Below, in pieces: positions 8,783 through 17,450 of a DNA stretch of 64,000 nucleotides. Numbering within the stretch: the first letter of the stretch is position 1; every line of letters starts with the position of its first letter. The notes below the pieces were generated by a model. That model had not been told where the DNA came from, made no database searches, and worked only from the letters and a program-made list of their open reading frames with translations. Source of the stretch: an uncultured Actinomycetota bacterium (GTDB taxonomy: Bacteria; Actinomycetota; Actinomycetes; Propionibacteriales; Nocardioidaceae); NCBI GenBank assembly GCA_963777655.1, contig CAVZQY010000003.1, forward strand, positions 149,667-213,666, written 5' to 3'. The position numbers and the translations under genes were made by a program.

Positions 8783-11050
8783 ATGCCGTCCGCCGCACCG
8801 CCCGACGAGTTCCCCGTCGACTCCCCCGTCGACTCCCCCGCCGACTCACCCGTCGACTCCCCCGGGCCCGCACCGGGCTCTCCTTCCGGGGCGGAGTCGG
8901 CCCCGCCGGTGGCCGACCGGCGCCCGCACACCGAGGTGCACCACGGCCGCGAGCGCGTGGACGACTACGCCTGGCTGGCGGCCAAGGACGACCCGGACGT
9001 GCGCACGTACCTCGAGTCGGAGAACGCCTGGACCGAGGCCCGCACCGCGCACCTCGCCGACCTGCGCGAGCGGATCTTCTCCGAGATCCGCGGACGCACC
9101 CTCGAGACCGACCTCTCGGTGCCGAGTCGGCGGGGCGGCTGGTGGTACTACGGCCGCTCCTTCGAGGGTCGCGAGTACGGCGCCTCCTGCCGGGTTCCGG
9201 TGCGCGACGCCGACGACTGGAGCCCGCCGCGCCCGGCCGAGGACACCTCCCCCGACGAGCCCGCCCTGCCCGGCGAGGAGGTGCTGCTCGACCTCGACGC
9301 CCTGGCCGAGGGGCACGAGTTCTTCTCCCTCGGCGGCTCCAGCGTGAGCACCGACGGCACCCTGCTCGGCTACGCCGTCGACACCGTGGGCGACGAGCGC
9401 TACACCGTGCGGTTCAAGGACCTGCGCAGCGGGGAGCCGCTCGACGACGAGCTGACCGGCGTGCTGGGCGGGATCACCTGGCACCCGAACGGCGCCGACT
9501 GCTTCTACTCCACCGTCGACGACGCCTGGCGGCCCGACAAGATCTGGCGGCACCGGCTCGGCACAGCCCAGGCGGACGACGCGCTCGTCTTCACCGAGGG
9601 CGACGCCCGGTTCTGGACGGGGCTGGGGCGCACGCGCAGCCAGCGCTACCTCGTGATCGCGTCGGCGTCGAAGTCGACCACCGAGTACCGCTTCCTCGAC
9701 ACGCGCGAGGACCCGGCCACGGGCACGTGGCAGGTCTTCCACCCCCGCGAGCAGGGCCTCGAGTACTCCCTCGAGCACGCCGTGCTCGGCGGCGAGGACG
9801 TCTTCCTCGTGCTGCACAACCACACCGGCCCGGACCACGAGCTGGGGGTGGCGCAAGCGGCGCCGACCGGGCCCGACGGCTGGCGGCCGCTGCTGCCCCA
9901 CGACCCGGCCGTGCGGCTGGAGGAGGTCGACGCCTTCGCGACGCACCTGGTGGTGCACCAGCGCAGCGAGGGGCTCACCCAGCTGCGGATCCTGGACCTC
10001 GGCCCCGAGGGCGTCACCGACGACCACCTCGTGGAGTTCCCCGGCCCGCTGTACACGGTCGGCTCGGGCGCCAACCCCGCCTTCGAGCAGCCGCGCGTGC
10101 GGTTGGGCTACACGTCGATGAGCGTGCCCTCCTCGGTCTACGACTACGACGTGGCAACCCGCGAGCTCGAGCTGCTGCGCCGCGCCCCGGTGCTGGGCGG
10201 CTACGACCCGGACGACTACGAGGAGCACCGCCTCTGGGCCACCGCGCCCGACGGCGAGCGCGTGCCGATCTCGGTGGTCTGCCGCCGAGGCGCCCGCGAG
10301 GACGACGGCGGCGGCACCAGGCCGGTGCCGCTGCAGCTCTACGGGTACGGCGCCTACGAGATGTCTGTCGACCCGTACTTCTCGGTCGCGCGCCTGTCGA
10401 TGCTCGACCGCGGAGCCGCGTTCGCGATCGCGCACGTGCGTGGCGGCGGCGAGATGGGTCGACGCTGGTACGACCTCGGCAAGCTCGACCACAAGCCGAA
10501 CACCTTCACCGACTTCGTCGCCTGCGCCGAGCACCTCGTCGCCACGGGCTGGAGCAGCCCGGCGACGATGGTCGCCGAGGGCGGCAGCGCCGGCGGCCTG
10601 CTGATGGGCGCGGTGGCCAACCAGGCGCCGCACCTGTTCGCGGGCATCAGCGCCGGCGTCCCCTTCGTCGACGTGCTCACGAGCATGCTCGACTCCTCGC
10701 TGCCGCTGACGGTCGGCGAGTACGAGGAGTGGGGCAACCCCGAGGACGACCCGGACGCCTACGCGCTGATCGCCTCCTACGCCCCCTACGACAACGTGGG
10801 CGCGCAGGCGTACCCGCCGATCCTGGCCGAGACCTCGCTGCACGACACCCGGGTGCTCTACGTCGAGCCCGCCAAGTGGGTCGCCCGGCTCCGCGCGACC
10901 GACCCCGCGGGGGCGGGCCGGCCCGACGTGCTGCTGCGCACCGAGATGTCCGCCGGGCACGGGGGTGTCTCCGGCCGCTACCGGGCCTGGCGCGACCGCG
11001 CGTTCTCGCTGGCCTGGATCCTGGACCGGATGGGCCTCGCAAGCGCCTGA
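8783..11050 (+). CDS. ptrB: Oligopeptidase B (S9A peptidase)
   Basis: DDYAWL, YLESENAW, YGYGAY, HVRGGGEMGRRWY, GGSAGG nucleophile, HDTRV, AGHGG; TATCGT -10 box 7 nt before the ATG. Confidence 0.92.
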   Translation: MPSAAPPDEFPVDSPVDSPADSPVDSPGPAPGSPSGAESAPPVADRRPHTEVHHGRERVDDYAWLAAKDDPDVRTYLESENAWTEARTAHLADLRERIFSEIRGRTLETDLSVPSRRGGWWYYGRSFEGREYGASCRVPVRDADDWSPPRPAEDTSPDEPALPGEEVLLDLDALAEGHEFFSLGGSSVSTDGTLLGYAVDTVGDERYTVRFKDLRSGEPLDDELTGVLGGITWHPNGADCFYSTVDDAWRPDKIWRHRLGTAQADDALVFTEGDARFWTGLGRTRSQRYLVIASASKSTTEYRFLDTREDPATGTWQVFHPREQGLEYSLEHAVLGGEDVFLVLHNHTGPDHELGVAQAAPTGPDGWRPLLPHDPAVRLEEVDAFATHLVVHQRSEGLTQLRILDLGPEGVTDDHLVEFPGPLYTVGSGANPAFEQPRVRLGYTSMSVPSSVYDYDVATRELELLRRAPVLGGYDPDDYEEHRLWATAPDGERVPISVVCRRGAREDDGGGTRPVPLQLYGYGAYEMSVDPYFSVARLSMLDRGAAFAIAHVRGGGEMGRRWYDLGKLDHKPNTFTDFVACAEHLVATGWSSPATMVAEGGSAGGLLMGAVANQAPHLFAGISAGVPFVDVLTSMLDSSLPLTVGEYEEWGNPEDDPDAYALIASYAPYDNVGAQAYPPILAETSLHDTRVLYVEPAKWVARLRATDPAGAGRPDVLLRTEMSAGHGGVSGRYRAWRDRAFSLAWILDRMGLASA

Positions 11051-11105
11051 GCGGGCCGTCCCGCGCCTCCCGGACGCCCCCTGACGCTCAGACGCCCGCC
11101 GAGTC

Positions 11106-11126
11106 CTGAGAAGTTACTGAGAAGTT
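11106..11126. promoter_or_regulatory. Direct repeat CTGAGAAGTT-A-CTGAGAAGTT (TCTCAG-N5-TCTCAG on the minus strand), MprA-box-like response regulator site
   Basis: Perfect 10-bp repeat with 11-bp period just upstream of the sigma factor promoter. Confidence 0.6.
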
Positions 11127-11136
11127 GCGCCGCAGC

Positions 11137-11164
11137 GGAATCATCCGCGCTCGTGTGGCGTCTG
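11137..11164 (+). promoter_or_regulatory. Putative SigH/SigR/SigE-type promoter GGAAT-N18-GTCTG for the group-2 sigma gene
   Basis: GGAAT at 11137-11141, 18-nt spacer, GTC at 11160 (consensus GTT). Confidence 0.5.
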
Positions 11165-11258
11165 TACGGGTACAGGCAGTTCGACCCATCCAGACCGGGC
11201 CACGGCCTCGGATCGGTTGACGACACGCGGCGCACGGTGCGCCGCAAGAGGAGGGCTC

Positions 11259-12344
11259 ATGGCTACGAGCACCGCGACCCGTCCCACCGGGGCGGGCACG
11301 GCTGACGCCGCTCGCAAGGCCCAGGAGGCCGTCGAGCGGGCGCGCGGAGCGCAGCCCGCGGCGGGCACCACGCCCAAGGCCGGCGCCGCCGCGCGCGCTC
11401 CCCGCGCCACCGGCGCTCGCGAGATCGAGGGCCGCGACAGCGTCGGCCTGTACCTCGACGAGATCGCCCGCAACCCGCTCCTCGACGCGGCGACCGAGGT
11501 CGAGCTCTCCAAGACCATCGAGGCGGGCCTGTACGCCGAGCACCTGCTCGCCGAGGGCCGCGTGGGCCGCCGCAAGGGCGGCGCCCCGATGCGGGCCAGC
11601 CAGGAGGAGCTCGAGTGGCTCGCCGAGGAGGGCCGCAAGGCGGTGGACACGTTCATCACCGCCAACCTGCGCCTCGTCGTGTCCATCGCGCGCAAGTACG
11701 GCCGCGCGCAGATGCCGATGCTGGACCTGATCCAGGAGGGCAACACGGGCCTGATCCGCGCGGTCGAGAAGTTCGACTACGCGAAGGGCTACAAGTTCTC
11801 CACCTACGCCACCTGGTGGGTGCGGCAGGCGATCACGCGGGGCATCGCCCAGCAGGCCCGCGTCGTGCGGCTGCCCGTGCACGTCGTCGAGGAGCTGAAC
11901 CAGGTCGGCGGCGCGCGCCGCACCCTGGAGCGCCAGCTCGGTCGCGACCCCGAGCCGGAGGAGATCGCCACGGAGCTCGGGATGGACCTCGACCGCGTCG
12001 TGGACCTCCTCTCCTGGGGCCGCGAGCACGTCAGCCTGGACACCCCGGTGGACGAGGACGGCGACACCTCGCTGGGCGACCTGATGGCCCAGGAGACCAC
12101 GCCGGGGCCGGACGTGAACGTGCTCGACCACGAGTCCCGGGACCGGCTGAGCCGGCTGGTCTCGCAGCTCGACGAGCGCGCCGCGGACATCATCCGCTCG
12201 CGGTACGGCCTCACCGACGGTCGTCAGCACAAGCTGGCCGACATCGGCGCCAAGCACGGCATCTCCGCCGAGCGGGTGCGCCAGCTCGAGCGGGAGGCCC
12301 TGCAGAAGCTGCGCGGCTTCGCCGACCCCGACCTGGCTGCCTGA
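11259..12344 (+). CDS. Group-2 sigma-70 factor (SigB/HrdD-like)
   Basis: [76 protein letters not shown]. Confidence 0.9.
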   Translation: MATSTATRPTGAGTADAARKAQEAVERARGAQPAAGTTPKAGAAARAPRATGAREIEGRDSVGLYLDEIARNPLLDAATEVELSKTIEAGLYAEHLLAEGRVGRRKGGAPMRASQEELEWLAEEGRKAVDTFITANLRLVVSIARKYGRAQMPMLDLIQEGNTGLIRAVEKFDYAKGYKFSTYATWWVRQAITRGIAQQARVVRLPVHVVEELNQVGGARRTLERQLGRDPEPEEIATELGMDLDRVVDLLSWGREHVSLDTPVDEDGDTSLGDLMAQETTPGPDVNVLDHESRDRLSRLVSQLDERAADIIRSRYGLTDGRQHKLADIGAKHGISAERVRQLEREALQKLRGFADPDLAA

Positions 12345-12354
12345 GGCCCCCCGG

Positions 12355-12945
12355 TCAGCCCCGACCGGTCAGCTCCGCGAAGACCTCCGCCGTCCGCCGG
12401 CGGAGGTCTTCGTGCGTCCCGGTGTTCTCCAGCACGTAGGTGGCCACCGCGCGGCGCTGCTCGCGGCTCGCCTGCGCCGCGATCCGGGACCGGGCGTCGT
12501 CCTCGGTCCAGCCCCGGTCGCCGGTCATCCGCTCGACCTGGACGTCCTCGGGTGCGTCGACGACGATGACGGCGTCGAACTCCTCGGCGCGGCCCGTCTC
12601 CACCAGCAGCGGGATGTCGTAGACGAGCACGTCGTCCGGCGCGGCCGCCCGCTCCAGCTCGGCGTAGCGCTCGAAGACGAGGGGGTGCACGATCCCCTCG
12701 AGTCGGCGGCGCTCGTCCTCGTCGCCGAAGACCAACCGCCCCATCGCCGGGCGGTCCAGCTCCCCCGCGGGCGTGAGGACCCCCGGGCCGAACTCGTCCA
12801 CCACGGCGGCCAGGCCCGGGGTCCCCGGCGCCACCACCTCGCGGGAGAGCTGGTCGGCGTCGAGCACGACCGCCCCCAGGGCGGCGAGCTCGGCCGCCAC
12901 CGTGCTCTTGCCCGACGCCACGCCACCGGTGAGTCCCACGCGCAT
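12355..12945 (-). CDS. coaE: Dephospho-CoA kinase
   Basis: MRVGLTGGVASGKST P-loop, LDADQLSREVV, DIPLLVE. Confidence 0.95.
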   Translation of the reverse strand: MRVGLTGGVASGKSTVAAELAALGAVVLDADQLSREVVAPGTPGLAAVVDEFGPGVLTPAGELDRPAMGRLVFGDEDERRRLEGIVHPLVFERYAELERAAAPDDVLVYDIPLLVETGRAEEFDAVIVVDAPEDVQVERMTGDRGWTEDDARSRIAAQASREQRRAVATYVLENTGTHEDLRRRTAEVFAELTGRG

Positions 12946-13102
12946 GCATCCACCCTAGGAGGCGCCACCGCCCGTCGCCCGGCAGCCACCGCTCCTCGCG
13001 GAGGGCCCCCGGCTCCCCGAAGAACCACCCGCAGCGGTGGGCACGGCCGCCGCGCTCGTGGGTAACGTCGCGCCGGTTTGCACGTCTCTCGGAGGTGGAC
13101 CC

Positions 13103-14692
13103 ATGAGCCAGACCAGCGACCGGGCGCAGGCCAGCGCCGCCAGCAGCGAGGGCCCGGACCGACCGCCCGGCCGCACGTGGGCCTTCCGGCTCCTCGGCGT
13201 CGGCCTGGCCCTGGCCGGCTGGTGGGCGCTGCAGGCCTCGGACCTCTCGGCCGACGGCCGGGTCGTCGCCGCCGTCGCGATCCTGATGGCGGTGTGGTGG
13301 GTCACCGAGGCGATCCCCCTGCCGGCCACCGCGCTGCTGCCGATGGTGCTGCTGCCCGCCCTGACCGGCCTGGCGATCGCCGACGCGACCTCGCCCTACG
13401 CGGACCCGATCATCTTCCTCTTCATGGGCGGCTTCCTCATCGCCATCGCGATGCAGAAGTGGGACCTGCACCGCCGCATCGCCCTGCTCACGCTGCGCCG
13501 TGTCGGCACGTCGCCGCGACGCATCGTGCTGGGCATGATGATCGCGACGGCCTTCCTGTCGATGTGGGTCTCGAACACCGCCACGACCCTGATGATGCTG
13601 CCGATCGCCCTGTCGGTGCTCTCCCTCGTCATCGACAACAGCCGCGGGTCCGCCGACGAGGACGCCGTCGAGCGCGTCGAGGCCGGGGAGTCGGTGAGCC
13701 AGGCGGTCTCCGACCCGAAGATCCGGATCTTCGGCGTGGCCCTGCTGCTCTCGGTCGCCTGGTCGGCCTCCATCGGTGGGCTCGGCACCCTGCTGGGCAG
13801 CCCGCCGAACGCCATCGTCGCGGGCTACATCGAGTCCGAGGTCGGCCAGGAGGTCGGATTCGCCCAGTGGATGATGCTGTGCCTGCCGATCGTCGTGGTG
13901 TTCCTCTTCCTCTCCTGGCTGCTGATCACCCGGGTGCTGTTCCGCTTCGAGCTGGAGTCACTGCCCGGCGGGCGCGAGCTGATCGAGTCGGAGATCAAGG
14001 ACCTCGGCCCGATGAGCCAGGGCGAGAAGGTCGTCCTCGCCGTGTTCGCCTCGGCCGCCTTCCTGTGGATCGTGCCGGGGGTGCTGTCCAACATCGGCCC
14101 GATCGGCGAGCGCTACGGCTGGCTCGGCGGCCTCGACGACACCGTCATCGCGATCACCGCGGGCATCGTGCTCTTCCTCGTGCCGGGAGACCGCGCGGGC
14201 ACCATGGCGCTGGAGTGGAGCGACGCCGAGAAGGGTCTCCCCTGGGGCGTCCTGCTCCTGTTCGGCGGGGGGCTCAGCCTCGCGGGCGCCGTCGCCGACA
14301 CCGGGCTCGACGAGTGGTTCGGCCAACAGGTCAGCGGCCTCGAGGCGCTGCCCATCGTCCTGCTGATCATGGCCGTGGTGGTCATCGTGCTGCTGCTCAC
14401 GGAGGTCACCAGCAACACGGCCACCGCCGCGACGTTCGTGCCCGTGCTGGGCGGGGTCGCGCTCGGCATCGGCGTCGACGCGCCGACCCTGCTCATCCCC
14501 GCGGCGCTCGCGGCCACGTGCGCCTTCATGCTGCCGGTCGGGACGCCCCCCAACGCGATCGTCTTCGGCAGCGGTGCGGTGACGATCGGCGAGATGGCCC
14601 GAGGCGGCGTCGTGCTCAACGTGGTCGGCGTGCTCCTCATCACCCTGGCGGTGGTCACGCTCGGCCCGCTCACCCTCGGCCTCGTCCTCTAG
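13103..14692 (+). CDS. SLC13/DASS family sodium:dicarboxylate/sulfate symporter
   Basis: WWVTEAIPLPATALLP, SMWVSNTATT, TEVTSNTATAA, AFMLPVGTPPNAIVF; GGAGG RBS. Confidence 0.92.
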   Translation: MSQTSDRAQASAASSEGPDRPPGRTWAFRLLGVGLALAGWWALQASDLSADGRVVAAVAILMAVWWVTEAIPLPATALLPMVLLPALTGLAIADATSPYADPIIFLFMGGFLIAIAMQKWDLHRRIALLTLRRVGTSPRRIVLGMMIATAFLSMWVSNTATTLMMLPIALSVLSLVIDNSRGSADEDAVERVEAGESVSQAVSDPKIRIFGVALLLSVAWSASIGGLGTLLGSPPNAIVAGYIESEVGQEVGFAQWMMLCLPIVVVFLFLSWLLITRVLFRFELESLPGGRELIESEIKDLGPMSQGEKVVLAVFASAAFLWIVPGVLSNIGPIGERYGWLGGLDDTVIAITAGIVLFLVPGDRAGTMALEWSDAEKGLPWGVLLLFGGGLSLAGAVADTGLDEWFGQQVSGLEALPIVLLIMAVVVIVLLLTEVTSNTATAATFVPVLGGVALGIGVDAPTLLIPAALAATCAFMLPVGTPPNAIVFGSGAVTIGEMARGGVVLNVVGVLLITLAVVTLGPLTLGLVL

Positions 14693-14701
14693 CCTCGCGG
14701 G

Positions 14702-15958
14702 GTGACGACGCCGAGCCCTGCCGGCGCCCCACCGGCGCCGCGCACCGTCCGCCTGATGGTGGGGGCGTCGTCCCTGACCACCCTGGGCGCGCTCCCGCCG
14801 TTCCTCGTGGGCGCCCAGGGTGTCTGGGTCCGCGAGGACCTCGGCATCGGCCTCGGGCTGATGGGCGTGGCCATCGGCGCCTTCTTCGGGGCGGCCGCCC
14901 TGGGCTCGCTGCCCGCCGGCACGCTGCTCGACCGCCTCGGGCGACGGGCGGGCCGCGCGGTCGCCGGCGTCCTCGTCGCCACGGGCGGCGCGGCGATGGC
15001 CGGCCCGGTCCAGGGTGCCGCCGGCCTGGTCGCGGCGATGCTGCTGCTCGGGCTCGGCAATGCGACCTGCCAGACGACCGCCAACCTCGCGATGGCCCGC
15101 GCGCTGCCGCCGCACCGGCGCGGCCTCGGCTTCGGCGTCAAGCAGTCCGCCATCCCGCTCGCCATCATGCTGGGCGGCCTCGCCGTGCCCGCGCTCGGAG
15201 CGACGCTCGGCTGGCGCAGCACGTTCGTCGCGACCGCCGCGGCCGGTGTGCTGCTGGCGCTCGGGTCGCTGGCGCGACGCAGCGAGCCGGCGCCCACGGC
15301 GGCACGCCCGGGCGCGGACACCGCCGACCACCCGCCGTGGAAGCCCCTCCTGCTCTGCGGCGTCGGGATCACCTGTGCGAGCTCGGCAGCGAACTTCCTG
15401 GGCGCGTTCGTGGCCTCGTGGGCCTTCGAGGTCGGCCTCGGCGCGACCGAGGCGGGCCTGCTGATGGCCGCCGGCTCGGCGGGCTCGATCGCCGTGCGGG
15501 TCCTCAGCGGCTACCGCGCCGACCGCCGGCACGGCGCCAACCTGCCCGTCGTCGCGGCCCAGATGTACGTCGGCGCCGCGAGCCTCGTCGGCCTCGCCGT
15601 GGCCCAGCCGGCCACCGTGGTCGTCTTCGGCCTCCTCGCCTTCGCCCTCGGGTGGGCCTGGCCGGGGCTGCTGCTCTTCGCGGTGACCCGCGTCGGCCGC
15701 GACGCCCCGGGTCGCGCGTCCGGCGTCGTGCAGGCGGGTGCGTTCGTCGGTGGCTCGCTCGGCCCCATCGGCCTGGGCGCCCTGGCGGGCCAGGCGGGCT
15801 TCCCCGCGGCGTGGCTGGTCGCCGCCGGCCTGTTCGTGGTCGCCGGCTCGCTCGTGCTGCTGGGGCGCCGTGGCTTCGTGGCCGACCTGCAGGCCCGGCC
15901 GCCGCGGACCCCGATCACCTGGGGCGGCGGACGCGACCGGCCCGCGGGGCCGGCATGA
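14702..15958 (+). CDS. MFS transporter
   Basis: About 12 hydrophobic segments; GTLLDRLGRR and GYRADRRH motif-A-like loops; RRGLGFGVKQSAIP. Confidence 0.85.
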   Translation: MTTPSPAGAPPAPRTVRLMVGASSLTTLGALPPFLVGAQGVWVREDLGIGLGLMGVAIGAFFGAAALGSLPAGTLLDRLGRRAGRAVAGVLVATGGAAMAGPVQGAAGLVAAMLLLGLGNATCQTTANLAMARALPPHRRGLGFGVKQSAIPLAIMLGGLAVPALGATLGWRSTFVATAAAGVLLALGSLARRSEPAPTAARPGADTADHPPWKPLLLCGVGITCASSAANFLGAFVASWAFEVGLGATEAGLLMAAGSAGSIAVRVLSGYRADRRHGANLPVVAAQMYVGAASLVGLAVAQPATVVVFGLLAFALGWAWPGLLLFAVTRVGRDAPGRASGVVQAGAFVGGSLGPIGLGALAGQAGFPAAWLVAAGLFVVAGSLVLLGRRGFVADLQARPPRTPITWGGGRDRPAGPA

Positions 15959-17286
15959 CCCCGGGCGCGGGCGCGGCCCGCGGCGCGGACGCCGGGCTCC
16001 CGCTGGCGCCGTTGCCCGCCGGGCTGCGGCCGGGCGACCGCGTGGCGATGCTCCTGCCGGGCTCCCTGCTGCTCCTCGAGACGGTGCACGCCCTGCTCGC
16101 CAACGGCGTGGTGCCGATCCCGCTCGACCCCCGGCTCAGCGCCTGGGAGCGCGAGCGGGTCCTCGGCGGGCTCGACCCGACGCTGCGCGTGACGGCGGAG
16201 GACGAGCTGCGCGCGCTGCTCGACGCGGTGCCCGACGAGGCGCGCCGGGGGCTGCCGCGGGCCCGCCCGATGCACTGCACCTCCGGCACCACCGGCACCC
16301 CGAAGGGGGTGTGGAGCGGCCTGCTCTCGCCCGCCCTCGCTGCGGCGGCGATCGACGACGAGGCCGCGGCGTGGGGCTTCGCCCCCGACGACGTGAACCT
16401 GGTGCTCAGCCCGCTGTACCACTCCGCCCCGCTCCGCTTCGCGCTGCACACCCGCCTCGCCGGCGGGCGCGTCGTCGTGCCGGGGACCTTCGACCCCGAG
16501 CGGGTCACCGCGGCCATCGCCGCCGAGCGCCCCACCACGATGTTCTGCGTGCCGGCCCACCTGCGGCGGCTCTTCGCGCACTGGGACGAGGCGGGCACGC
16601 CGGACCTCTCGTCGTTCCGGCTCGTGGCCCACGCCGGGGCGCCGTGCCCCGAGGCCCTGAAGCGCCGGCTGGTCGAGGCGTTCCCCGCGGGGTCGACGTG
16701 GGAGTTCTACGGCTCCACCGAGGGCCAGTTCACGGCGTGCCGCAGCGAGGAGTGGCTGGAGCGTCCCGGCACCCTCGGGCGTCCACGCCCGGGACGCTCC
16801 CTGCGCACCGACCCCGACGGGACGTTGTGGTGCGCCCCGCCCGAGCACGGCCGGTTCGTCTACTACGGCGACCCGGAGAAGACCGCCGCCGCCTGGCGCG
16901 ACGGCCCCGACGGGCCGGAGTTCACGGTCGGCGACCTCGGCCGCATCGACGAGGAGGGCTACGTCTACCTGGACGGGCGCCGGGTCGACCTGATCATCTC
17001 CGGCGGGGTCAACGTCTACCCGCTCGAGGTGGAGCAGGCGCTGGCCGACCTCCCCGGCGTGGTGGACGTCGCCGTGTACGGCGTCCCCGACGACGAGTGG
17101 GGCCAGCGCGTGTGCGCCGCGGTGGTCGGCTCCGCGGACGAGGCCGCGCTCGACGCGCGGGCGCGCGAGCGGCTGGCCCCGCCGAAGCGGCCGAAGACCT
17201 ACCGCTTCCTCGACGACCTGCCCCGCACGCCCACCGGCAAGGTGCGCCGCGACCAGATCGCCGAGGGCCCGGCCACCTCGCGGTGA
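15955..17286 (+). CDS. AMP-binding enzyme (acyl-CoA synthetase-like)
   Basis: TSGTTGTPKG, PLYHSAP, EFYGSTEG, TVGDLG, DLIISGGVNVYP, LPRTPTGKV; ATGA overlap with the MFS stop. Confidence 0.9.
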   Translation: MTPGAGAARGADAGLPLAPLPAGLRPGDRVAMLLPGSLLLLETVHALLANGVVPIPLDPRLSAWERERVLGGLDPTLRVTAEDELRALLDAVPDEARRGLPRARPMHCTSGTTGTPKGVWSGLLSPALAAAAIDDEAAAWGFAPDDVNLVLSPLYHSAPLRFALHTRLAGGRVVVPGTFDPERVTAAIAAERPTTMFCVPAHLRRLFAHWDEAGTPDLSSFRLVAHAGAPCPEALKRRLVEAFPAGSTWEFYGSTEGQFTACRSEEWLERPGTLGRPRPGRSLRTDPDGTLWCAPPEHGRFVYYGDPEKTAAAWRDGPDGPEFTVGDLGRIDEEGYVYLDGRRVDLIISGGVNVYPLEVEQALADLPGVVDVAVYGVPDDEWGQRVCAAVVGSADEAALDARARERLAPPKRPKTYRFLDDLPRTPTGKVRRDQIAEGPATSR

Positions 17287-17302
17287 CCGGGCCCTCGGCG
17301 GG

Positions 17303-17448
17303 GGTCTCGATACGCTCGCTGCGCTCGCTACTCGACCAGCGAGGCTGCGCTCGCTACTCGACCAGCGAGGCTGCGCTCGCTACTCGACCAGCGAAGGATC
17401 GGTGGTCGAGCAGCCGCGCGAGCGTCAGCGAGCCGGCGTATCGAGACC
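17303..17448. repeat. REP/BIME-like element: 13-bp terminal inverted repeats GGTCTCGATACGC enclosing 3 tandem 26-bp units and one inverted divergent unit
   Basis: GCTGCGCTCGCTACTCGACCAGCGA at 17318, 17344, 17370; GCGTATCGAGACC at 17436-17448; between convergent genes. Confidence 0.9.
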
Positions 17449-17450
17449 GA

